From positions 55,349 through 119,348 of the forward strand of contig JAACPN010000005.1 of NCBI GenBank assembly GCA_009995425.1: a stretch of DNA of 64,000 bases, written 5' to 3'. This document shows positions 10,311-17,801 of this stretch, piece after piece. Source of the stretch: Legionella sp. (GTDB lineage Bacteria; Pseudomonadota; Gammaproteobacteria; Legionellales; Legionellaceae). The notes under the pieces are model-generated. The model saw nothing but the letters and a program-made list of their open reading frames with translations. It was not told the DNA's origin and did not search any database. Position 1 is the first letter of the stretch. Every line of letters begins with the position of its first letter. A program made the position numbers and the translations under genes.

Positions 10311-11921
10311 TTATACTGGTATTGGAAGCGGTTCTTTGCCATTTTCTTCAGCGATTGCAAACTGCCTAACTTCTTTTAGATATTCCTTTTCTTGTGTTGC
10401 AAAATATCCACAAAGTCCAATAGAGCCCGTTACAATTGGCAAAATAGAGGCCGTCATTGCTGAAGCCCCGACACTTGTTACCGGTATACCAGCTAATTTG
10501 GCAAAAACACTCGTCATAGGTAGCGCCCAGTGCATTAAACTGGGTAATAGCGCCAGGCCGTTAATTGGCGAGCATAGTAAACTACCTAGGATTATCATCG
10601 TGATTGTAAACATACAAAAACCGAGAAATATTTTATGCCAAAAATCACGCCTTGCATCTATAAAATTAACAGTTTCAATTAATGCATTTAAATTATCTTT
10701 ATGCTCCTCTAAAAAATAGTACGGTCTTTGCATACGAGGATATTCTGAATGATAAATCGTATCAAAGTTTATTGATAACCTCATTCTTTCAAGTATTTCA
10801 CTGGCAGCTATAAAATCAGAAATATGTTTTTCTGTTGCAGAATAGGTAAGTTCAAAATCGTTGTTATCAGTATTGCACTGTGCCGCAAGAACTTTGTCGG
10901 AATCCATGTTTTTTATTATTTGCTTCAGTAGATTGAATGACTTAAATTTAAGGCTTTGTGGTGTATTTAATAATTGCTCATCCCAATAAGTAATCGTGTC
11001 TTGCATTAAAGAGCGTTGAACAAGATAATTTTCTACTTGCCTGCCCAAGTCGGGCAGATTAAAACCATATGTTTTTTCTTTGACACTTGAATATGAAACA
11101 ATTTTTTTATCACATAATTCAGCAGCACATCCATATGTAATAAAATGCTCGTTTTCAAATAGACGCTCATGTTCATTTTTAAAAAAAACATTTGTCGCTC
11201 TATAGGTGTCCTGTTGATTATTAAGCCTACTTAAAATATGGTTAGTGTAGGGCGCGGTAAAATCACCTACTTCTGGCGCAGGAAAACGACATACTGCCTT
11301 TTTTTCTTCTTCTATATCGTCTAGAAAAAAGGAAATTGATTCATCTAGAGCGGTATATAATGCTTCGTAATTTAAGTTTTTAACTAGCTGTAAAGCCGTC
11401 ACCCTCGTGGTATCTAATAAATAGCCTCTTATATTGCTTGCTCGGCGTGACGTAAAATCGAGTTCTCTTAAGCAAAAAACCAATGAAATTGATCGATGAG
11501 AGGCAAATCTAGATAAATATTTATACTCGAATTCTCCAGGGGTAATTCGGTTGTAGTTTAATTTCGCTCCATAGTCATGCATGGTTTCTGAATGCATGAT
11601 TTCTTCGAGCTGCCATCCATGTTGGGTTGCTTCTGTGTGTATTCTCAGCACAAATCCTTTTTCAGTGGTATGTCCTGCTTTTGATGTAACATCTAAAATT
11701 TCATTGACGAAATTAATATCTTCTATTTTGTTAGATAAATCAGTCAAATCAATGTTACCTGGTAGAGTGATTGCTTCCTGCATGCCTTGAGTAAAATAGG
11801 TTTTATTTGCATCATCCAAATACACGCAATCTTTCTCTGCGTTGCTTAAATCATCAAACAGAGACGACATTAATTTCAGACGAGATCTGTCCCACATTAA
11901 ATTATGCATTAAACGATCCAT
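10311..11921 (-). CDS. Hypothetical membrane-anchored protein (effector-like); 3-prime major part of a gene split by a MITE
   Basis: 536-aa ORF with no recognised family. C-terminal hydrophobic hairpins (IFLGFCMFTITMIILGSLLC..; ILPIVTGSIGLCGYF) followed by a Glu-rich tail (AIAEENGKEPLPIPV). The frame stays open 14 codons upstream of the Met, up to the MITE. Confidence 0.6.
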   Translation of the reverse strand: MDRLMHNLMWDRSRLKLMSSLFDDLSNAEKDCVYLDDANKTYFTQGMQEAITLPGNIDLTDLSNKIEDINFVNEILDVTSKAGHTTEKGFVLRIHTEATQHGWQLEEIMHSETMHDYGAKLNYNRITPGEFEYKYLSRFASHRSISLVFCLRELDFTSRRASNIRGYLLDTTRVTALQLVKNLNYEALYTALDESISFFLDDIEEEKKAVCRFPAPEVGDFTAPYTNHILSRLNNQQDTYRATNVFFKNEHERLFENEHFITYGCAAELCDKKIVSYSSVKEKTYGFNLPDLGRQVENYLVQRSLMQDTITYWDEQLLNTPQSLKFKSFNLLKQIIKNMDSDKVLAAQCNTDNNDFELTYSATEKHISDFIAASEILERMRLSINFDTIYHSEYPRMQRPYYFLEEHKDNLNALIETVNFIDARRDFWHKIFLGFCMFTITMIILGSLLCSPINGLALLPSLMHWALPMTSVFAKLAGIPVTSVGASAMTASILPIVTGSIGLCGYFATQEKEYLKEVRQFAIAEENGKEPLPIPV

Positions 11922-11963
11922 ACCAGAGATGAAAATTTTATAAAGATTATCTTCTTTTTTATA

Positions 11964-12121
11964 CTCGATTCCGAAGTTTTTAATGCTTGACTTTCAAAGA
12001 TCTCGACGTACCGCGTTTTATGCGCGGTATCCAGGAATCTTGCACCATCGCTGGTTCCCGCTGTTAAGCCACGGGAGGAGGGCACTTTAAAAAGTCAAGC
12101 ATTAAAAACTTCGGAATCGAG
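11964..12121. mobile_element. 158-bp MITE-like element with perfect 31-bp terminal inverted repeats and a 6-bp target-site duplication
   Basis: Left arm 11964-11994 (CTCGATTCCGAAGTTTTTAATGCTTGACTTT) is the exact reverse complement of right arm 12091-12121. It is flanked by TTTATA at 11958-11963 and at 12122-12127. The 96-bp core has no ORF and contains small hairpins (TACCGCG..CGCGGTA). Confidence 0.75.
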
Positions 12122-12205
12122 TTTATAGATTACAGCACTCAGGCTGCCGTCGAATTGGGTGCCAAAATCTTTAAAATTATTTTGTTGCTTTTTAAGATCT
12201 AGCAT
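12122..12205 (-). other. Orphaned 5-prime coding segment (28 codons) of the MITE-split gene
   Basis: ATG at 12205 with a GGAG SD 6 nt upstream. It encodes MLDLKKQQNNFKDFGTQFDGSLSAVIYK, then reads into the MITE and stops after 9 codons. Removing the element plus one TSD copy joins it in frame to 10311..11963. Confidence 0.65.
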
Positions 12206-12381
12206 TTCTAACTCCGATTTAAACTCTGTACACTCGTTTTAAATGCGGATTGTACTATAAACAGCTTAGTATTTAAACAATATTCATAAAATATGTTGCA
12301 TAATTTACTCTTTAAGTTCATTTTTTTGTGATTACTAATCATACCGAAACAACGGTTACTTTTCTAACACGTGCATGAAAA

Positions 12382-12963
12382 TCAGGATGAAGGAAAGTTT
12401 AACGTTGCACTGGCATTTGAAGTACACATTTGCGTTGCATCAACACAGGTAATCGCAATAGGTGCTGGTGTTGTGTTGTTCGACCACGTCACCACGTTAC
12501 TTAATGCCGCAGAGGGTGATGTGTTTGTACCAACAGTATACGTAGGATATTGAGCGGGTGTTCCCTGCAAAATGCCTAACTGAACGCACCAAGTTCCCGC
12601 ACCATTGCCTGGCGTCGTGGGTGCTGGACCTGAATTTTGCGCAGCTTCATACAGATAATTCATCATCATGCTATACACATAACCTGCGCCCAATGGCGCA
12701 GACGCAGAAGGATTCAATGTCATATCGTTTGACCACATGGCCCCGTAAAGATCACCATGATTATCAAAGTAAGATGTCGTGCAATCCGCTTGAAAAAGTT
12801 GTTGAATAAAGACGCCTGTGATCGTAAACATTTGGGCTTCAGAAGAATTCCGAATGGTTATAGAAGATAGTGAATCACCCAGCCTCCTGTCAAAGAATGC
12901 AGCATGCGCTATGTCTATAAAAAAAACACTTATACCTATCGTGATCAAGAAAATTTTTTTCAT
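12382..12963 (-). CDS. Secreted protein of unknown function, paralog A (4 conserved Cys)
   Basis: 193 aa with a signal peptide (MKKIFLITIGISVFFIDIAHA). It aligns with the neighbouring ORF: LSSITIRN / C / GAMWS / GAGYVYSMMMNYLYEA / TWCVQLG / ITCVDATQMCT. Confidence 0.7.
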   Translation of the reverse strand: MKKIFLITIGISVFFIDIAHAAFFDRRLGDSLSSITIRNSSEAQMFTITGVFIQQLFQADCTTSYFDNHGDLYGAMWSNDMTLNPSASAPLGAGYVYSMMMNYLYEAAQNSGPAPTTPGNGAGTWCVQLGILQGTPAQYPTYTVGTNTSPSAALSNVVTWSNNTTPAPIAITCVDATQMCTSNASATLNFPSS

Positions 12964-12990
12964 GCTCGTCCATTTAGGTTTTAATAAAAA

Positions 12991-13614
12991 TCAAGGCCGC
13001 TGATGTGGAAAAGGTTGCGGTTGAATGATATCTGTTGTAGTGCATTGCCTCGTTGAGTCATTGCAAATAATATTTGTAAAACTTATGGGAAGATCGCCCT
13101 CGATATACTGCACCAATTGATTGGCATTCTCTAACGCGCCATTTGTGCTTGTTAAAGTACCGGTACCTACGGTTTGATTGGTGACGCCTAACCACACACA
13201 ATAGGTATTACCGCCATTAAAAGAACCAGGCGTACCCAAAGCTCCATGCCCATCAATATGTGCTTGATACAAAAACATCATGATCATATTGTACAAATAA
13301 TTCGCGCCAATATTTCTCGTTTCATTCGTCGCCATCGTCACTTTCGGCGACCAAAGCGCACCAAAAGGAGCCCCCTCACTTTCAATCAAGGGCGTTAAGC
13401 AAGCATTTCCAGCACCCTCACCTAGCACGAACAAATAAATGCCCGTAACCGTATCTTCAGCACCAATATTTTGAATGCTTATCTGTGAAAGTGTGGCAGA
13501 AAGTATATCTCTTGACGTCATGAATTCAGTATTTTTAGAATTTAACATGGGAGGCGAAGCCAAGACCAAATGTGGTATAAGCAAGAATAGAAAAACCCAT
13601 GGCTTTATCATCAA
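12991..13614 (-). CDS. Secreted protein of unknown function, paralog B (4 conserved Cys)
   Basis: 207 aa with a signal peptide (MMIKPWVFLFLLIPHLVLAS). It shares blocks with paralog A: LSQISIQN / C / GALWS / GANYLYNMIMMFLYQA / TYCVWLG / IICNDSTRQCT. Confidence 0.7.
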   Translation of the reverse strand: MMIKPWVFLFLLIPHLVLASPPMLNSKNTEFMTSRDILSATLSQISIQNIGAEDTVTGIYLFVLGEGAGNACLTPLIESEGAPFGALWSPKVTMATNETRNIGANYLYNMIMMFLYQAHIDGHGALGTPGSFNGGNTYCVWLGVTNQTVGTGTLTSTNGALENANQLVQYIEGDLPISFTNIICNDSTRQCTTTDIIQPQPFPHQRP

Positions 13615-13684
13615 AATATGACTACATTAGATTGCATGAACTGATGTTATCATCGTTATTTTCGTTCCGCAATGAACTGACTGG

Positions 13685-15595
13685 ATGCTTATGAGTGCGA
13701 TTGGTGCAATATTTTCGATTCAAAACAAACCGATTGACGAAGCATCGCTGCAAGCATTGCATCATGGCATGGCTCGTCATGGAAAACATGGTTCAAACAC
13801 CTGGTTTTCGAACACGTGTGGGCTAACACAACAAAGCTACTACCACACATTAAGCACACAACTCGCGTCCTTTCCATATTTTGATAAAAAGCACAACATT
13901 GGCCTTGTTGCTGATGTTCGCTTATCGAATCGAACTGACCTGCACAAATCACTTCACGCCTCTTTTTCACATCAATATTCCGATGCTGAACTTATTATAT
14001 TGGCTTATTTAACATGGGGTATCGATTTTATACTCCATTTGGTGGGTGAATTTAGTTTAATCCTCTGGGACACAAAATTACATCGTTTCGTGGTTGCTGT
14101 GGATCACTTTAATACCCGGCCACTTTATTATTTTTTTAATCAAGATTTTCTGATCATTTCAAGCGTGCTTTCTGCCTTACATCATGTGCCGTGGGTACCA
14201 CGAGAACCTAATTTAAGTGTGATTGCACGACATGACTTTAAACGTTTTTTATTAGAACCCGGTGAAACATGCTTTAAACATCTTTATTTTTTACCACCGG
14301 CCAATCTTTTAATTGCTGATCCCTCGGGTATAAAATTTCACACGTACTGGCGTCCAACGTTAGGAGCGCCTTACGCTTTTAAATCAGATAACGATTTCCA
14401 AGAAGCCTTTCACGAGCATTTTTCAAACGCCGTGCATGCAACGGTCGATACCGACCGTCCTGTTTGCTTACAATTGAGTGGCGGTTTAGATTCTTCTGCA
14501 ATTGCACTTATGGCGGCTAACGTGCTTGGTTTTGAACAAAAGAAATTAATTTGCTTGTCCAACGTTTTGCCTCCTAATAGCCATGATAGCCTAAACGACG
14601 AACATGAATACATCGATTTAATCCATGCACCAAACCTTATCAAAGAAACCGTGATCGACCCATGGCGAGGGCCTTTTGATCATTTGGATGCATGCAAAAC
14701 ACACTTGTACACCAGTCCGCAACATTACCAGCACCGCGCGATCAACGCTGCGGCAAGGCGTCATCAAGCATCTGTTGTGTTACATGGCACACTTGCAGAA
14801 CTCACCACCAGTTATTCTGGCCACGAGCGCTTATCTGAGCTGTTCCATCGCTTACATTGGATAACGTTGATCCGCGAGCTTTTTGCTCACCGTAAAATTT
14901 ACAAAACATCGTCTCTATCGCTTGCCGCTTTGGTCATACACCCCAAAATTCTCCACGGATATCTTAAAAAACGACAGCACAGTACGCGCCAAAAATTACT
15001 GACAGCGAGCTTAATCAACCCAACATTTATTTTAGAGCAGATGACGCCCGATGCGTTGATGTGGCTTGAGCAACAGTTTTTAAAACCTTTGATTTTACAC
15101 AGCATGAATGCCCGTAAAAACGCCCTGATCCAGATAGAATCTCACCTAAGACATGCCAGCACCTTGTTTACCCAACTGGATGATGGAATTGATTCAGCTC
15201 TTTATTTTAGTAATCCTTATTTTGATAAACGCTTAGTCGAGTTTTGCCTCAACATTCCGAACGCCTATCGCTTTAGGCATGGCTATCCTCGCAGTATTAT
15301 TCGGCTAGGCATGCAAAAATATTTACCCAAAGCCATTGGCCAGCGCATCACAAAATCGCCTTTTTTACCTGATTATCATGTGCGCTATCATCAGCATATG
15401 TCAAAAGCACGGGAGGCTATCGAAGCCGTCCAATCACATCCTTTAGTACAACATGTGATTGATGTACCGCGCTTGTTATCATGCCTCAACACCCCTTCGT
15501 CTTCTCATGCACTCAGCACAGAAACAAACTTTTTAAATTACTATGTGATCCCACAAGCCGTTTATTTAGCTGTCTTTTTGTCTTCGTTTAGCTGA
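13685..15595 (+). CDS. Asparagine-synthetase homologue of the lasso-peptide cyclase (McjC-like, C protein) type
   Basis: 636 aa. The N-terminus MLMSAIGAIF lacks the Cys2 nucleophile of glutamine-hydrolysing AsnB. PP-loop ATP pyrophosphatase motif VCLQLSGGLDSSAIAL. Adjacent to PqqD-like and HPrK-like genes. Confidence 0.75.
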   Translation: MLMSAIGAIFSIQNKPIDEASLQALHHGMARHGKHGSNTWFSNTCGLTQQSYYHTLSTQLASFPYFDKKHNIGLVADVRLSNRTDLHKSLHASFSHQYSDAELIILAYLTWGIDFILHLVGEFSLILWDTKLHRFVVAVDHFNTRPLYYFFNQDFLIISSVLSALHHVPWVPREPNLSVIARHDFKRFLLEPGETCFKHLYFLPPANLLIADPSGIKFHTYWRPTLGAPYAFKSDNDFQEAFHEHFSNAVHATVDTDRPVCLQLSGGLDSSAIALMAANVLGFEQKKLICLSNVLPPNSHDSLNDEHEYIDLIHAPNLIKETVIDPWRGPFDHLDACKTHLYTSPQHYQHRAINAAARRHQASVVLHGTLAELTTSYSGHERLSELFHRLHWITLIRELFAHRKIYKTSSLSLAALVIHPKILHGYLKKRQHSTRQKLLTASLINPTFILEQMTPDALMWLEQQFLKPLILHSMNARKNALIQIESHLRHASTLFTQLDDGIDSALYFSNPYFDKRLVEFCLNIPNAYRFRHGYPRSIIRLGMQKYLPKAIGQRITKSPFLPDYHVRYHQHMSKAREAIEAVQSHPLVQHVIDVPRLLSCLNTPSSSHALSTETNFLNYYVIPQAVYLAVFLSSFS

Positions 15596-16404
15596 GCATC
15601 TAACCACGTGCCGAATTCATCAAAACACGCCAAATTATCTGGACGCGTTAATTGATAACACGGAATGGCGCTCGCCATGTGCGTCACGTGCTGCAAGTGT
15701 AGGTTTAATTTTCCAAGCGCTTTTAACATAGAATAACGGTAGGTATTTCTAATAAGCAATTGGATTTTATCGAAGTTGTATACCGGGGTTTCTTTGATTA
15801 TACCCTGACGATTGTCTACATGTAATTCATACACACGACTGATTTGAATCGGATGCTTCCACGCATGTTCAATGGGTAATTCAAACTTACCCGGTCGATG
15901 ACTAATCGGTTGAAGCGCGTCGCTTGACTTACCTAAATACGCAAGCGTATCTGTCCAAAGTTTTGCGCTTGTTGACATGGGCATAAGCTCCATCTGCTGG
16001 TCATGAAAACGAACAACGGCTAAATCATCCGTTAAAAACGGATAACCTTTTTGGTTCATGGTGGCAGCCAACGTTGATTTACCTTGTCCTGATGGGCCAC
16101 AGAACAAAACTGCTTGCCCATGCACAACAATTGCCGAGGCATGTAACACTAAAAAATCATGATATTGAAGTAAGTAGGCTAAAACCGTGCCATTAAGCCA
16201 GGTTAAAACGAGCTTAGGTTCACGTAAAGCAGGATCCATATCAATAAAAATGGTATTACTTTTTGCGCATACCTCATAACATGCAACATCTTTAATTTTA
16301 AAAAAAAATCGCGCTGCGTCACAATAATAATGCGTAGATGCATCTGGAAAGTTGATACGCTTATGTTTTAATACAATGTTCAACCCGAACGATTCTTTTA
16401 ACAT
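15562..16404 (-). CDS. HPr-kinase-related P-loop kinase (lasso-precursor Ser kinase type)
   Basis: 280 aa. LHASAIVVHGQAVLFCGPSGQGKSTLAATMNQKGYPFLTDDLAVV matches the HPrK/P C-terminal domain signature (LHG..V...G.G.L..G.SG.GKS..AL.L...GH.L..DD). Its 3-prime end overlaps the cyclase 3-prime end by 34 nt. Confidence 0.75.
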   Translation of the reverse strand: MLKESFGLNIVLKHKRINFPDASTHYYCDAARFFFKIKDVACYEVCAKSNTIFIDMDPALREPKLVLTWLNGTVLAYLLQYHDFLVLHASAIVVHGQAVLFCGPSGQGKSTLAATMNQKGYPFLTDDLAVVRFHDQQMELMPMSTSAKLWTDTLAYLGKSSDALQPISHRPGKFELPIEHAWKHPIQISRVYELHVDNRQGIIKETPVYNFDKIQLLIRNTYRYSMLKALGKLNLHLQHVTHMASAIPCYQLTRPDNLACFDEFGTWLDAQLNEDKKTAK

Positions 16405-16494
16405 CTTTATTTATTATACCTTGATGGGTAAATTGTCAAAAGCAGACAACCCAGTTAGAATAAATCCATACTAATGTAACGTAAATGCTTTGAT

Positions 16495-16941
16495 ATGAAT
16501 ATAGACTCAACAACCTTACTTAAAAAAGCAACGTCTTGCATTACTGAAGCAGATTTCGGGCATGAAACCGTCCTTCTTCACCTTGAAGATGGAAACTATC
16601 ATTGCATGAATGCCACCGCTTCTTTGCTTTGGGCGTGGCTAAATGAGCCCATCTCTTCTTCTTCCCTACATCAACGATTAGTCCGTGAATTGGGATATCA
16701 GCCAAGTCACGCGGACACCGAGATTTTTCAATGGGTCAACGATGCCTTAGCCAACAAACTACTCGAATTAGTTTCTCCACGTGCGTTTGAAGGATCTGTT
16801 GCAATCACAGAACAGAGCATGGATAACCAGCAACCCATCACGCATTATAGTTCGCCCAAAACAACCTTATTTGACGTGCTAACCATCACACAAGGCAATA
16901 GCACCGATTTTCAAACCGATAATTTAGAAACAGGATCATAA
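16495..16941 (+). CDS. PqqD-like RRE protein (lasso B1 type) carrying a 55-aa C-terminal extension that looks like a lasso precursor
   Basis: 148 aa. Residues about 5-92 have PqqD-family size and pattern (ETVLLHLEDGNYHCMNATASLLWAWLNEP.S...L...L). The tail is ..MDNQQPITHYSSPKTTLFDVLTITQGNSTDFQTDNLETGS*. Confidence 0.7.
   Translation: MNIDSTTLLKKATSCITEADFGHETVLLHLEDGNYHCMNATASLLWAWLNEPISSSSLHQRLVRELGYQPSHADTEIFQWVNDALANKLLELVSPRAFEGSVAITEQSMDNQQPITHYSSPKTTLFDVLTITQGNSTDFQTDNLETGS
16819..16941 (+). other. Candidate lasso precursor peptide (25-aa leader + 15-aa core GNSTDFQTDNLETGS), in frame within the PqqD-like ORF
   Basis: From the internal Met at 16819: leader MDNQQPITHYSSPKTTLFDVLTITQ with a YxxP motif and Thr at -2. 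The core (16894-16938) starts with Gly, has Asp at position 9 and ends in Ser. No convincing SD precedes the internal ATG, so independent translation is uncertain. Confidence 0.45.
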
Positions 16942-16964
16942 CGATTCACCAAGGATGTGTTAAC

Positions 16965-17666
16965 ATGAAAACAATCATTATTGCGATAGCCGGCGCATCC
17001 GGTTCAGGAAAAACCACCGTCGCACGAAAAATTCATCAACATTATGGTGATGATCAATGCCTCATCCTTTCTTCCGATAATTATTACAAAGACCAACGTC
17101 ATCTTTCACAAACAGAACGAGATAAGCTTAACTTCGATCATCCTGATAGCCTTGATTTTGAACTTCTGGCACATCATCTCCAGTTGCTGAAACAAGGTGA
17201 AAGCATTGACATGCCCACCTATGATTTTGAAACACATGCCCGTCAAGAACAAACCGTTCGTATTTTACCCAAGCCCATGATGATTATCGAAGGTATTTTG
17301 ATTTTACATCCCGCATGCCTCACGCGCTTGTATGATACAAAAATTTTTGTGGATGCCGATGCTGATGTATGCTTGGTACGACGTCTTCGACGCGATATCA
17401 CAGAACGCGGAAGAGCTATGGGAGACATCTTGACGCAATACATCCGGGACGTAAAACCTATGTTTCATACTTATGTCGATCCGTGTAAAGCTTCTGCTGA
17501 TTTGGTCATTAATACCACAAATTTTTGTGATATCACGCCTGTAGTTATGCATATCGATCATAAAACCGAGACAGCACAACGCGTAGATTTAAGTTTTTTT
17601 GCACACGCACATGCTATGACGCCTCAAGCTGAAATATACCAAGGGGATTATACCTATTGGTCTTAA
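16965..17666 (+). CDS. udk: Uridine kinase family P-loop kinase
   Basis: 233 aa. IAIAGASGSGKTTVA P-loop, NFDHPDSLDFELL and PTYDFETH blocks typical of Udk. It starts 24 nt after the stop of the PqqD/precursor ORF. About 20 aa C-terminal extension. Confidence 0.8.
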   Translation: MKTIIIAIAGASGSGKTTVARKIHQHYGDDQCLILSSDNYYKDQRHLSQTERDKLNFDHPDSLDFELLAHHLQLLKQGESIDMPTYDFETHARQEQTVRILPKPMMIIEGILILHPACLTRLYDTKIFVDADADVCLVRRLRRDITERGRAMGDILTQYIRDVKPMFHTYVDPCKASADLVINTTNFCDITPVVMHIDHKTETAQRVDLSFFAHAHAMTPQAEIYQGDYTYWS

Positions 17667-17705
17667 CTTCATATTCCCACAACGCACACCAGCTTTATCA
17701 CCGTC

Positions 17706-17728
17706 TTATCCCCAGAATGTGTGGATAA
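17706..17728. promoter_or_regulatory. Inverted pair of DnaA-box-like 9-mers (TTATCCCCA .. TGTGGATAA)
   Basis: TGTGGATAA at 17720-17728 is the exact complement of the TTATCCACA consensus. TTATCCCCA at 17706-17714 has one mismatch. The two are 5 bp apart, in the udk/peptidase intergenic region. Confidence 0.35.
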
Positions 17729-17801
17729 AGCCCCCAGGGAAGATTGATGATTAGACACTTAGATGTTAAAATAACACTTTTGATGTAAAGTCTAGAAAAA
17801 A

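Noticed and set aside
12329-12341. 13-bp perfect palindrome TGATTACTAATCA between paralog A and the MITE-split gene
   Set aside because: It is too short and its loop too small to be a terminator. No second copy or known operator consensus was recognised. It could be chance in AT-rich DNA.
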